A DNA stretch of 64,000 nucleotides from an uncultured Verrucomicrobiota bacterium (GCA_964568145.1 CAZMOZ010000024.1:932-64931), one strand, 5' to 3'; shown: positions 29,886 to 39,377, numbered from the stretch's first letter. The notes: generated by a model not told the origin, from the letters alone. Program-made: numbers and translations.

Positions 29886-30158
29886 ATGTCCGCAAAGGCT
29901 GAAATCGGCTGGAAAGGCCGCACCCCGGAGGGCGAGCGCCGCGAAGTGTACGCCCGGCACGTCGGCGTCGAATGGCGGTTCTTTGTGCGCGCCCGCCGTT
30001 TCGAGGTCTGGCAGCCGCTGCCCGAGCCCACGCTGGAGGACTGGCTGACCTTGCTGGAGGCGGTGGAGCGCCGCGCCCGGCGCCGCCTGATCCGCCCCGA
30101 GGAACCTGCCCGCATCCGCCAGACCATCCGCGCGCGGTTTCCGGAGGCGGAGGTGTAG
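29886..30158 (+). CDS. small hypothetical protein (90 aa)
   Basis: The ATG at 29886 gives MSAKAEIGWKGRTPEGERREVYARHVGVEWRFFVRARRFEVWQPL.... It lies 27 nt after ispF on the same strand. No family was recognised. Confidence 0.4.
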   Translation: MSAKAEIGWKGRTPEGERREVYARHVGVEWRFFVRARRFEVWQPLPEPTLEDWLTLLEAVERRARRRLIRPEEPARIRQTIRARFPEAEV

Positions 30159-30510
30159 CGGCGCCGGTGCGACGGGCACCCGCAGTATCCTTGTCAGTAC
30201 CCTTGTTGAAGTATGGGGCTCGTGATGCTGCTGGCACGCAACGCAACGTTTTTGACGGCGAAAGACAACTCCGTGATGAGTCACGGCACGGCGAGAAACC
30301 GGTTTTCCAAGACCTGATTCAAACCCGGCCGCAGCGCTACATGTTTGCCAGGGTGCGGCAAATATCGGCGTACGATGCCCTGCCACCCAACATGCCCCGG
30401 TCTCGCGGATGGGATGTCTCAACCGATCGCCGGATAGTCTTCCCGGGTCAAGGATGCACTTGGCCGCGCACCAGTCGTTGCCGTTTGCCGCAGTGGACTC
30501 GACGACGCAA

Positions 30511-31224
30511 TTATGACGCGCCGGCCGGAGTGGAGTCGTCGGCAGTCGCACCGCCGGCCGAGACCGTCGGTGGCGGTGTTGGCCGTGGAAAGACCGAACG
30601 TAGGCCGTCAATGTGTTCGTGGAGGTCCTCGCGAATGCTCCCCCACATGGGGTCCAAGATGAAATCAATCCCTTCCCGGCGGGCCAGCTTGGCTGCAGGA
30701 ACAAAATCACTGTCGCCCGCGACGAGAATCATTTGGTCCGCCTGCTTCTTGAACGCCAACGAGGCGATGTCGAGGCCGATGCGCATATCCACGCCTTTCT
30801 GCGGTGCGGAATAGAGCACATCACCCTCAGTGAGGTCCTTGACCGCGATCTTGCCGGCCAGAAGCTCCTTGAGCTTCTCGGGGCGAACGACCCAATGACC
30901 GATGCGCTCGTTCAAGTAGCCCAAGCGCAGGGCCACCTTGCGCAGTTTCCGAAGCTCGTTGTGAAACGCCAGTCTCCAGGTGGCGGTGGACGTCTTGGCA
31001 AAATCAACTGCTTTGCCGGTAATCGGATGGTGTTCTTTCTTCCTCAAGGGCGGGCAGTCGTAAAAGAAAATGCGGTACAGGGCTCGCTTGCCGTCAGCCT
31101 GTTTCAAGTGCTCGCGGCACATCCAATGCAGGTCGGTGGCCACCTTCTGTGCGCTTTGGTTGCCGACCAGAAAACGGTAGCGTCGGATGAAAAAGTCGCC
31201 ATCGATGAGAACTGCAGTAGCCAT
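30511..31224 (-). CDS. NYN/LabA-like (PIN-fold) domain protein
   Basis: The N-terminus is AVLIDGDFF. Later QKGVDMRIGLDIASLA and ILVAGDSDFVPAAKLARREG give the acidic-residue pattern of NYN ribonuclease-like domains. Confidence 0.7.
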   Translation of the reverse strand: MATAVLIDGDFFIRRYRFLVGNQSAQKVATDLHWMCREHLKQADGKRALYRIFFYDCPPLRKKEHHPITGKAVDFAKTSTATWRLAFHNELRKLRKVALRLGYLNERIGHWVVRPEKLKELLAGKIAVKDLTEGDVLYSAPQKGVDMRIGLDIASLAFKKQADQMILVAGDSDFVPAAKLARREGIDFILDPMWGSIREDLHEHIDGLRSVFPRPTPPPTVSAGGATADDSTPAGAS

Positions 31225-31536
31225 AAGCGGAAACAAGTAGCCCCCCGGGCTCAGCTACCCCGCCATGGACGGGGGTGCTTACTGCCAGGGGGCTGTTTAG
31301 CTCGTTGGAGCATTGAGCTCCGAAATCTGGAATAACTATAGGCTGAAATCGGTCCGTGCCAAGCCAGTTTTAGGAGTCAGCAGTTGGCCGCAGTTCTTGC
31401 TCGGTGGTGCCGATTTTGACCGTTGTCGTCTTCCGGCGACAACGGCCTGTCCGTTCACGGGCGGATCTCCCGGCGTGGTGGATTTGATTTCCCAGCCGAA
31501 GAGGTCCAACGGAGCAGCCTGGCTGGCATGCAAGAG

Positions 31537-31610
31537 TGGCTGTCCGACTAGGATTCGAACCTAGACTAAGGGCTCCAAAGACCCCTGTGCTACCATTACA
31601 CCATCGGACA
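31537..31610 (-). tRNA. tRNA-Gln (TTG)
   Basis: The reverse complement reads tgtccga-tg-gtgtaatggtagcac-a-ggggt-cTTTGga-gccct-tagt-ctaggttcgaatcctag-tcggaca-g-cca. The U1:A72 pair and G73 discriminator are typical of bacterial tRNA-Gln. Confidence 0.9.
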
Positions 31611-31713
31611 TTTCCGTGGCGAAAAAGGTACCGGGCCACCGGCAGCGCGCAAAGGCAAAACCACGCCGCGTCTCGGCTCGAACCGCCTGGACGGACAGCC
31701 CGCACACTTCAAT

Positions 31714-31775
31714 CAGAAAACCAAAGTTGGCCGTGGCACATTACGTCTCGCCCGCCTAACTTCAGCTTTCGGGTC
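31714..31775. repeat. degenerate family-A hairpin repeat
   Basis: cagaaaaccaaagttggccgtggcacattacgtctcgcccgcctaacttcagctttcgggtc. Confidence 0.5.
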
Positions 31776-32023
31776 GAATCTGAATCCCCAAAGCAATCCC
31801 CGCCACCACCGGGAAAAGGCGCCAATACCAGCCGGCTCCAACTGAACGGGTCGGGGAACTTCCGTCCGGGCAGCCCGGGCAAAACCCGCTCAATCCTGTC
31901 GTCGCGCGTTTGGGGGTGTCTGGCCGGCAACATCAGTCCCCGGTTTCAAATCTCGTTTCGATCGCGTTGACGCCTCACAACCCCGGCTGGACACCGCCGG
32001 GAAAGCGGTGTCCACTCACCACC

Positions 32024-32923
32024 ATGATCTCTTCGCGCGCCCTGGCCGTCGCTGGCGGGCTGGTTTGCGCCCTGCTGGCCGGCTGCGGCCGGGACCAGCC
32101 CACGCCGCCGGCCGGCAATCCCTCCCCGCCGGGCGCCGCCGCAGCCCCCGCGCTTCAGCCCCAGCAGATCGCGGCCAACCCGGAGCGGCTGCACGCGTTG
32201 CTGCGCGCGCGCAACCCGTATTACCAGGGCGAGGGACGGTTCCAGTTGGACCCCGCGCTCGGCCTGGTGGGCGAACTGGTGGAATGCGCCGTGGTGGATT
32301 TGTCGCCCTTGCGCGGCATCGCCTTCGCGGCGCTGGACCTCCGCGCCACGCCGGTTTCCGATCTCAGCCCGCTGGCCGGCATGCCGCTGAAACTGCTCGC
32401 GCTGGAGAACACGCGGGTGACGAACCTCGCCCCGCTGGCCGGCCTGAAGCTCGAGAAGCTGTACCTGAACCAGACCTCGGTCCGGGATTTGCGGCCGCTC
32501 GCCGGCATGCCGCTGGTGGAATTGATGCTGGTGGGCGCGCCGGTTGAAGACCTCGAGCCGCTGCGCGGCACGCCGTTGACCGGGCTCTGGCTCAACCAGA
32601 CCCCCGTCACCAGCATCGCCGCCCTGGCCGCCTGTCCGCTGCTGACACTCACCCTGGAGGACACGCGGGTCGCGGACCTCCGGCCCCTGGCAGGCATGGC
32701 GACCTTGCGCCGGCTGCACGTCGGCGGCACGCCGGTGCGCGATCTCGCGCCGCTGGCGGACCTGCGACTGACCCGCCTGGTCTTCACGCCGGTGAACGTC
32801 ACGAACGGCCTCGAGGTGGTGAGGCAGATGGCCACGTTGGAAGAACTCGGCACAAGTCTGGAAGACCTGCGGCCGCCGGCGGAATTCTGGCGGGAACTGG
32901 ACGCCGGCGGTGGTGTGCGCTGA
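32024..32923 (+). CDS. leucine-rich-repeat lipoprotein
   Basis: Lipobox LLAGC follows MISSRALAVAGGLVCA. About nine ~22-aa LRR units of the form L.L..T.V.DL.PLAGMPL follow. Confidence 0.75.
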   Translation: MISSRALAVAGGLVCALLAGCGRDQPTPPAGNPSPPGAAAAPALQPQQIAANPERLHALLRARNPYYQGEGRFQLDPALGLVGELVECAVVDLSPLRGIAFAALDLRATPVSDLSPLAGMPLKLLALENTRVTNLAPLAGLKLEKLYLNQTSVRDLRPLAGMPLVELMLVGAPVEDLEPLRGTPLTGLWLNQTPVTSIAALAACPLLTLTLEDTRVADLRPLAGMATLRRLHVGGTPVRDLAPLADLRLTRLVFTPVNVTNGLEVVRQMATLEELGTSLEDLRPPAEFWRELDAGGGVR

Positions 32924-32988
32924 ACCCGAAAACCGAGTTGGGCAGGCGGGACGCACTGCGCTGCTACGGCCAACTTCGGTTTTCGGGC
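32924..32988. repeat. family-A hairpin repeat element
   Basis: acccgaaaaccgagttgggcaggcgggacgcactgcgctgctacggccaacttcggttttcgggct. Confidence 0.7.
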
Positions 32989-33013
32989 TGAAGCTTTTTC
33001 AGTGCGGGCAGCG

Positions 33014-34774
33014 TCAGCCCAGGAAAACCAGCACCAGCAACTGCGCGCTCACCACCCGCAGCAGCATGGTGAGCGGGTACACCGTGGCGTACGAAATCGA
33101 GGGCGCGTCCGAGGCGGCGAGCGAGTTCGCGAAGGCCAGCGCGGGCGGATCGGTCATGCTGCCGGCGAGCACGCCGCAGAGCGTCATGAAATTGACCCGG
33201 TAGAACAGCCGCGCGATCACGCCCACGACCAGCAGCGGCAGCAGTGTGATCAGCGCGGCGCAGGCCATCCAGTACAACCCCGGCCCGTGCGCCAGCGTGG
33301 CCACGAACTGGTCGCCGGCCTTCAAGCCCACGCAGGCCAGGAACAGCGTGATGCCCACCTCGCGCAACATGAAATTCGCGCTCAGCGGCATGTAGTAGAT
33401 CAACGGCCCGAGCCGCCCGAGCCGGCTGAGCAGGATGGCCACCAGCAGCGGACCACCAGCCAGGCCCAGCTTCACCGGGGCGGGCATCTGGCCGATGGTG
33501 AACGGCCAGGAGCCCACCAGCACGCCCAGCGCGATGCCCACGAAGATGGGCATGATCTGCGGGTGGTTGAGCTGCTTGGGCGAGTTGCCCAGCAGCCGGG
33601 CCGCCTGCTCGATCGCCTCCGGCTCGCCCACCAGCAGGAGTGTGTCCGCGAACTCGACCCGGAAGTTCGGATTGGGGGTGAACTCGATTTCGGCGCGGCT
33701 CACCCGCGTGACCGTCACGTCGTACAGGTCGTGCAGGTTCAGCTCGTCCAGCGTCTTGCCGAGCACCTCCTTGTGCGTTACCACCACCCGGCGGGTGGTG
33801 AGCCGGCTGGGCAGCGCCTTGAGGTCCACCTCGGTCGGCGAGCCGATGACGATCTGCATGTCCTTGAGCTTCGCGAGCGGGCCCACCAGCAGGATGACGT
33901 CGCCGGTGTTCAGCACGGTGTCCGGCGTGGCGTTGTCAATCTCGCCGCCCCCGCCTTTGCGGATGCGCGAGACCACCACCCCGGAGGCCTTCAAGCCGGG
34001 GATGTCGGCGACCCGCAGGCCGTTGAGGTTGGCGTTTTGGACGATGAGGTTCAGCGTGGTGACGGTGGATTCAGCGCTGCGCAGAAGCCGGTTGAACGCC
34101 GCCGCCTCCTCGGCCGGCTTGATGCGGAACAGCACGCGCACCAGGCCCATCACAAGAATGATGCCCAGAATGCCGAACGGATACGCCACGGCGTAGCCCA
34201 GGCCCGGCCGCTTGAGCAGGGCGTCCCGCGCGGCCGCGGCGTCGGCCGACAGGCCGGCCAGTTCGGGGACGCGGCCGGCGGCGGCCTGCAGCGTCTCGGC
34301 CGGCAGGTTTTGCAGGGCCTGCTGCGCGGCGCCGAGCGCCGGCGTGTTGGTGGTGCCCCCGGCAAACAACCCCACCGCCACGGTCAGGTCAATTCCCAGC
34401 AGGTACACCGCCCCCAAGGTCACCAGCACGCCGAGCAACACCACCGTCGTCGCCAGCACGTTCAAGGGCAGGCCCTGCCGGCGCAGCGACGCCACAAAGC
34501 CCGGGCCCACCTGCATGCCGATGGTGTACACGAACAGGATCAGCCCGAACTCCCGCACAAACTGCATCACGTCCGGGTCCACCTTGAAGCCGAAATGCCC
34601 GAACAACAGCCCGGCAAAGAGCACGCCCGCCACGCCCAGACCCACGCCGCGCACCTTGAAGCTGCCGAGGAAATGCCCGAGCGCGGCCACCAGGCTGAGC
34701 ACCAGGAGGGTCTGGGCCACGGTGGCGTGGCCGGTCGCGGCGTCCCGCGCAAACAATTCTGCAAGCCAGTGCAT
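33014..34774 (-). CDS. YidE/YbjL-family putative transporter (duplicated membrane domain with two central TrkA-C/RCK_C domains)
   Basis: 586 aa with hydrophobic N- and C-terminal halves. Two soluble modules (GLRVADIPGLKASGVVVSRIRKGG; GKTLDELNLHDLYDVTVTRVSR) lie between them. Confidence 0.75.
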   Translation of the reverse strand: MHWLAELFARDAATGHATVAQTLLVLSLVAALGHFLGSFKVRGVGLGVAGVLFAGLLFGHFGFKVDPDVMQFVREFGLILFVYTIGMQVGPGFVASLRRQGLPLNVLATTVVLLGVLVTLGAVYLLGIDLTVAVGLFAGGTTNTPALGAAQQALQNLPAETLQAAAGRVPELAGLSADAAAARDALLKRPGLGYAVAYPFGILGIILVMGLVRVLFRIKPAEEAAAFNRLLRSAESTVTTLNLIVQNANLNGLRVADIPGLKASGVVVSRIRKGGGGEIDNATPDTVLNTGDVILLVGPLAKLKDMQIVIGSPTEVDLKALPSRLTTRRVVVTHKEVLGKTLDELNLHDLYDVTVTRVSRAEIEFTPNPNFRVEFADTLLLVGEPEAIEQAARLLGNSPKQLNHPQIMPIFVGIALGVLVGSWPFTIGQMPAPVKLGLAGGPLLVAILLSRLGRLGPLIYYMPLSANFMLREVGITLFLACVGLKAGDQFVATLAHGPGLYWMACAALITLLPLLVVGVIARLFYRVNFMTLCGVLAGSMTDPPALAFANSLAASDAPSISYATVYPLTMLLRVVSAQLLVLVFLG

Positions 34775-35182
34775 ATCGCGACCGCCCGGCGAGTCGCCCG
34801 GTCCACGCCGCCCGGGAAGGCATCACGACCAGCGGGATGGGCCAGGTCTGAAGGCGGGATGGGAACGCGGGGCGGTGGGGCGTCCCCTCACGGACGCGGC
34901 TTCAATAACCAGTTCGCCCGTGGCCGGCAAGCCCGATCGCGGAAAGCTGATCCCACGCTGCGGCTCATTTCGCGCGGCAAAAACGCCCCGACGGGAAAGC
35001 TGCGCCAAAGACACTTCACCGCTCAGCCAAGCGGCCGGCTTCCCGCGTCAACCCGGTCCGGCGCCGGCCGGGGCGCCTCCCAGAAGCGGCCGCTTTCCCG
35101 CCGGGTGGACCCGGCGGGAAAGCCCAGACTCAGAAACTCAAATAGGAGAGGTGGGCAGTGGGCGAGGATTCGGCATCGGGTA

Positions 35183-35238
35183 GCCGGCCCCTGGCCCAGG
35201 GACCGGACCCGTCGCCCCTCAGCGAGGGGCGACCCACC
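35183..35238. repeat. double-hairpin repeat (family E)
   Basis: gccggcccctggcccagggaccgg followed by gtcgcccctcagcgaggggcgac. A near-identical copy lies at 61781-61838. Confidence 0.65.
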
Positions 35239-35359
35239 CCTGCTGGCGGGAAGACGCGCTCCCTTTTACTCAGGCGCGTGCCCCCCGGAACTTCCGGCCG
35301 TTTCCGCGCCTGCAAAAAGTGAAATGCGCCCCCGGCCGGGGCGTGGCGGGCTGGTGAAC

Positions 35360-35387
35360 TTGACGCGATTTCGACTGACGGTATGCT
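35360..35387 (+). promoter_or_regulatory. candidate sigma-70-type promoter for the rpmH operon
   Basis: TTGACG (35360-35365), a 16-nt spacer, then TATGCT (35382-35387), about 90 nt upstream of the rpmH ATG. This is a pattern match only. Confidence 0.35.
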
Positions 35388-35474
35388 CGGCGCTTCTGTT
35401 GTTAGGGTGCGCGACCCCCGGGCTCACGGCGACCTTGCCGCGGCGTGTCGCGCCGCGCGGCTCAATTTACAGGC

Positions 35475-35612
35475 ATGAAACGTACGTATCAGCCATCCAA
35501 AATCCGCCGGAAACGCCAGCATGGGTTTCGGGCCCGGATGTCCACCCGGGGCGGCCGCGCCGTCCTGAAAAACCGCCGTCGCGTCGGCCGCAAGCGCCTG
35601 ACGCCAGTCTGA
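35475..35612 (+). CDS. rpmH: 50S ribosomal protein L34
   Basis: Below the ORF-track size cutoff and found by eye. It reads [45 protein letters not shown]. Confidence 0.95.
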   Translation: MKRTYQPSKIRRKRQHGFRARMSTRGGRAVLKNRRRVGRKRLTPV

Positions 35613-35625
35613 GCGTCCCGGCGCC

Positions 35626-36000
35626 ATGGCCGCGCCTTCTCCTTTGCGCTGGCGGCTGCCCCGCGAGGCCCGGCTGCAGCGCCCCGCCGACTTCGCCCGC
35701 GTGCGCCGTCTGGGCCGCCGGGCGGTGCGCGGTTGTCTCATCGTGAACTGGCTGGCCCGTCCGCCCGGTGAACGCTGCCGGCTGGGCGTGGTCACCGCCC
35801 GCACGGTGGGGTCCGCCGTGGCGCGCAGCCGCGCCCGCCGACTGCTGCGCGAAGTCTTCCGCCGCCACCAGCACGAACTCGACCCGCTGGACGTGGTGCT
35901 CGTGGCCCGGCCTTCCATTGCCGGCCAGGGCCGCGCCGAGGTGGAACGGGATTTCCTGGCCGTGGCGCGGAACCACGCGTTGATCCGGTCCTCGCCATGA
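35626..36000 (+). CDS. rnpA: ribonuclease P protein component
   Basis: 124-aa basic protein immediately after rpmH, carrying the RLRRPADF...R motif region. The synteny is canonical. Confidence 0.9.
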   Translation: MAAPSPLRWRLPREARLQRPADFARVRRLGRRAVRGCLIVNWLARPPGERCRLGVVTARTVGSAVARSRARRLLREVFRRHQHELDPLDVVLVARPSIAGQGRAEVERDFLAVARNHALIRSSP

Positions 36001-36293
36001 ACGTCGCCCAACGCCTGTTGATCGCCGGCCTGCGGTTGTACCGGGTGACGATTTCCCCGCTGCTGGCGGCTCTGATCGGACCTGGCGCCGGCTGCCGCTT
36101 TCAGCCGACGTGTTCCGTTTATGCCATTGAGGCGGTGCAACGTCATGGCGCCTGCCGCGGCGCCTGGCTCGCGTTGCGGCGTCTCGGTCGCTGCCAGCCT
36201 TGGGGCGGGTGCGGACACGATCCGGTGCCGCCGCCCCGGCCTCCCACCCCGCCGCCCGCCCTGCCGCTGCGCGCCGCGCCGCGCGCGCCCTGA
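35997..36293 (+). CDS. yidD: membrane protein insertion efficiency factor YidD (with Pro-rich tail)
   Basis: [17 protein letters not shown]....[19 protein letters not shown] is the YidD signature. It overlaps the rnpA stop by 4 nt. Confidence 0.9.
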   Translation: MNVAQRLLIAGLRLYRVTISPLLAALIGPGAGCRFQPTCSVYAIEAVQRHGACRGAWLALRRLGRCQPWGGCGHDPVPPPRPPTPPPALPLRAAPRAP

Positions 36294-36301
36294 TTTCACG
36301 C

Positions 36302-38125
36302 ATGGATCGCAAGGCCATTCTCATTCTGATCGGCTGCTTCGCGCTGATGCTGTTCTGGCCGGCGCTGGTGGATCGCATTTTCCCGCCTCCACCCAAACCG
36401 CCTCCGGGTACCAACCGGCTGGCGCAGGCCGGCACGCTGGCGACCAACCTGGTCGCAAGCACGAATGTGACCACGTCCCCGGCCAGCCCGCCGGTCATCA
36501 GCGCGCCGGCTTCGCCCACCGTGGCCTGGGTGCCGCCGGCCGGACCGGAGGAGCTGCTAGTCTTCGAGACGGAGGAGGCGCGGTACACGTTCACCAGCCA
36601 CGGCGGCGGCTTGAAGCTGGTGGAATTGAAAGGCTATCCCGCCACCGTGGCCTGCGGACGCAAGGCGCGCACCGGCGAGGTGGAACTGGCCACGCTCAAC
36701 GCCGGAGCGCCAGTGCCGGCGCTGGCGCTGTTCGGAGGCGCCGCGCTGGAAGACAGCGTTCCGTTCAAGCTCACACGCACCGCCCAAGGCGTGCGGGCCG
36801 AGAAGGCGCTGGGCAGCGGTGTGCGGATCGTGAAGGAGTTCGTGGCCGGCACGAACAACTTGCTCGCCGCCAGCGTGCGGCTGGAGAACGCGGGCGGTTC
36901 GCCGGTCGCGTTGCCCCCGCAGGAGCTGGTCATCGGCACAGCCACGCCCATCAACCGGCGCGACGACGGGCATTTGCTCGGTCTGCAATGGTACGACGGC
37001 GAGCGGGCGCAGTTCATTGACAACACCTGGTTCCTGAATGCCCCCGCCTGGGGTTGCGGCTGCGTGCCCGGCACGCCCCGCGCCGAGTTCCTCAGCGCCG
37101 GTGTGAGCAACGTGGTCTGGGCGGCGGCGCACAACCAGTTCTTCGTGATGATCGCCGCGCCGCGGACCAACGCCCCGGCGGTGGTGGCCCGCAAGATCCA
37201 TCTGCCCCCGCCGTCCGCCGCGGAAACGGCCGAGGACCGCCGCGTGGTGGCCCAGCCATTCGGCATCCAGACCGCCTTCGTTTATCCCACGGCCACGCTG
37301 GCGCCGGGGCAGACTGTGGAATGGGTCCTCGACGTGTTTGCCGGCCCCAAGGAGTACCACACGCTGGCCAAGCTGAGCCGCAACCAGGATCAGGCGATGC
37401 GCTTCACCACGTTCTTTGGCTGGTTTGCGCGGGCCTTGCTCCTGGGCATGAACGGCCTGCACGGCCTGGGCCTGTCCTACGGCCTGGCCATCATCGTCAT
37501 CACCATCATCGTCAAACTGCTGTTCTGGCCGCTCACCCAGGCCAGCTCGCGCTCGATGAAGCGCATGGCGGCGCTCCAGCCGCAGATGAAGGAGATCCAG
37601 GAGAAGTACAAGGACGACCCGAAGAAGATGAACCAGAAGCTCATGGAGTTCATGAAGGAGCACAAGGTCAGCCCGCTGGGCGGCTGCCTGCCCATCCTGC
37701 TCCAGATTCCGGTCTTCATCGGCTTTTACCAGATGCTCCAGAGCGCCATCGAGCTGCGCGGCGCCCGCTTCCTCTGGGCCTGCGACCTGTCCCAGCCGGA
37801 CACCGTGGCGGTGATCTTCGGCTTCCCCATCAACCCGCTGCCCCTGATCATGGGCGCCACGCAATTCTGGCAGGCCCGGCTCACCCCGGTCTCGCCCGGC
37901 GTGGACCCGGTCCAACAGAAGATGATGCAGTACATGCCGCTCATCTTCATCTTCATCCTGTACAACTTCTCCGCCGGGCTGGCCCTGTACTGGACGGTGC
38001 AAAACCTGCTCAGCATCCTCCAGATGAAACTCATCAAGAACCTGAACGACCCGGCCGCCAAGCCGCCCGCGCCGCCCGCCCCGGGCAAGCCGCTTCGGCC
38101 CGGCGGCCCGGCGCGCAAGAAGTAG
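36302..38125 (+). CDS. yidC: membrane protein insertase YidC
   Basis: Start at ATG 36302 (MDRKAILILIGCFALMLFWP). The C-terminal core is GLAIIVITIIVKLLFWPLT...MKRMAALQPQMKEIQEKYKDDPKKMNQKLMEFMKEHKVSPLGGCLPILLQIPVFIGFY. Confidence 0.95.
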   Translation: MDRKAILILIGCFALMLFWPALVDRIFPPPPKPPPGTNRLAQAGTLATNLVASTNVTTSPASPPVISAPASPTVAWVPPAGPEELLVFETEEARYTFTSHGGGLKLVELKGYPATVACGRKARTGEVELATLNAGAPVPALALFGGAALEDSVPFKLTRTAQGVRAEKALGSGVRIVKEFVAGTNNLLAASVRLENAGGSPVALPPQELVIGTATPINRRDDGHLLGLQWYDGERAQFIDNTWFLNAPAWGCGCVPGTPRAEFLSAGVSNVVWAAAHNQFFVMIAAPRTNAPAVVARKIHLPPPSAAETAEDRRVVAQPFGIQTAFVYPTATLAPGQTVEWVLDVFAGPKEYHTLAKLSRNQDQAMRFTTFFGWFARALLLGMNGLHGLGLSYGLAIIVITIIVKLLFWPLTQASSRSMKRMAALQPQMKEIQEKYKDDPKKMNQKLMEFMKEHKVSPLGGCLPILLQIPVFIGFYQMLQSAIELRGARFLWACDLSQPDTVAVIFGFPINPLPLIMGATQFWQARLTPVSPGVDPVQQKMMQYMPLIFIFILYNFSAGLALYWTVQNLLSILQMKLIKNLNDPAAKPPAPPAPGKPLRPGGPARKK

Positions 38126-38172
38126 CAAGAAGTAATCCGCGCGGCACCCCCCTCCACCCCCAACTCATCGCC

Positions 38173-38631
38173 ATGCCCGCCGACCCCAAAGCTCTGACCG
38201 CGGAGTTCCTCCGGCTCCTCGGCTTCCCCGACCTCACCATCGAAGAGCACGCCGACGAGGAGGGCGTGACGCTCGCCATCCAGGGCGAGGACGCCGCGCG
38301 CCTGATCGGCCGCCAGGGCCAGACGCTCGCCGAGCTCCAATACCTGATCAACCGCATGATCTACCAGGCCGACCCGGCCGCGCCGAAGGTGAGCCTGGAC
38401 GTGGCCAATTACCGCAGCGCCGCCCGCGAAGCCCTCGTGGCCAAGGCGCGCGCCGCCGCCGAAAAGGTGCGTCGCTGGGGCGACATCCTGGAACTGGAGC
38501 CCATGAACGCCTACGACCGCTACGTCGTCCACCAGACGCTCAAGGACGATCCCGAGGTCGAGACCCACAGCGTGCCCGTGGACGGCAGCACCAAAAAGGT
38601 CATTGTGCTCCGGCCGCGGCGCGCGGCCTGA
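38173..38631 (+). CDS. jag: Jag/KhpB-type RNA-binding protein (KH + R3H domains)
   Basis: The ATG at 38173 gives a KH-like IGRQGQTLAELQYL motif and R3H-like LEPMNAYDRYVVHQTLKD. The position after yidC is canonical. Confidence 0.85.
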   Translation: MPADPKALTAEFLRLLGFPDLTIEEHADEEGVTLAIQGEDAARLIGRQGQTLAELQYLINRMIYQADPAAPKVSLDVANYRSAAREALVAKARAAAEKVRRWGDILELEPMNAYDRYVVHQTLKDDPEVETHSVPVDGSTKKVIVLRPRRAA

Positions 38632-38667
38632 GAAACGAGTTTGGGGAACGCGCCCGCCTCGGTCGTG

Positions 38668-38696
38668 GCCGGACGCGCCGCGCGTCCGGCTTCGTT
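38668..38696. terminator. candidate bidirectional terminator hairpin between convergent jag and vsr
   Basis: gccggacgcg-ccg-cgcgtccggc forms a perfect 10-bp stem and is followed by ttcgtt. Confidence 0.4.
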
Positions 38697-38737
38697 GAAA
38701 CTCCGCCGCGCTTCCCCCCGATTCGAAGGAATACCTT

Positions 38738-39328
38738 TCAAAGACGCGAAGGCACGCCTGACTTAAAGCCGGCAAGAAGGAACTTCGCGGAGCTTTCGCG
38801 CCGGGTGAGGCAGTTGCAGCGGATTCTTTCCTTTCGCGTGGCTTGGCGTGTTTGGTGGCCAGTACCGGTTTCCAAGTTCAAGACCCCGCTCTCCAGCGCG
38901 CGCCGCAGCCGCGCCACGAGTCGTGCTTCCCGCCGACGCGCCAGTTCATGTTCCCAGATGCGGAGCACCCGCCAGCCGGCGCGCCGCAACGCCCGGTTCA
39001 CCGCCCGGTCGCGGGTCCGATTGCCCTCGATTTTCCGCCGCCACCACGCCGCCCGGTGCGCCGGCCACGTCGCGTGTTTGGGACAGCCGTGCCAGAAACA
39101 GCCGTCCACGAACACCGCCAGTTGCAGCTTGGGGAACACGAAATCAGGCCGGACGCGGAAACTTCGGCCTCCGGCCTTCGCGCTTCGGACTTCCCATTGC
39201 TTCCGCCAGCCCGTGATGCCGTGCCGCCGGAACAACCTTGCCAGCGCCGCTTCCGTGTCCCGGTTCCCCCGCGAACGGATGCGCGCCATCACCTCCGACC
39301 GTTTGGCTTGGGTGAAAACGTCAGGCAT
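38738..39328 (-). CDS. vsr: very-short-patch repair endonuclease
   Basis: RSEVMARIRSRGNRDTE...RPDFVFPKLQLAVFVDGCFWHGC....W..KI..N..RD is the Vsr signature. ATG 39328 is preferred over the TTG at 39334. Confidence 0.85.
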   Translation of the reverse strand: MPDVFTQAKRSEVMARIRSRGNRDTEAALARLFRRHGITGWRKQWEVRSAKAGGRSFRVRPDFVFPKLQLAVFVDGCFWHGCPKHATWPAHRAAWWRRKIEGNRTRDRAVNRALRRAGWRVLRIWEHELARRREARLVARLRRALESGVLNLETGTGHQTRQATRKERIRCNCLTRRESSAKFLLAGFKSGVPSRL

Positions 39329-39377
39329 GGTCAACTTCGAGATGCCCGAAGCACACTCAACGGTCTGAAGGCCACCC

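Noticed and set aside
29856-30814. ORFs 29856-30710 (-) and 29972-30814 (+) in the ispF / NYN spacer
   Set aside because: These are mutually overlapping, Arg/Pro/Gly-rich translations that overlap the better-supported small ORF 29886-30158 and the NYN gene. No motifs are present.
34775-35474. Chromosomal replication origin next to rpmH
   Set aside because: rpmH-rnpA-yidC often neighbours dnaA/oriC. Here dnaA is absent from the window, and I could not find TTATCCACA-like DnaA boxes or an AT-rich unwinding element in the spacer.
33002-35746. 914-aa + strand ORF spanning the transporter gene, the intergenic region and rpmH/rnpA
   Set aside because: This shadow frame crosses several independent real genes and repeat elements. 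It is His/Arg/Gln-rich nonsense.
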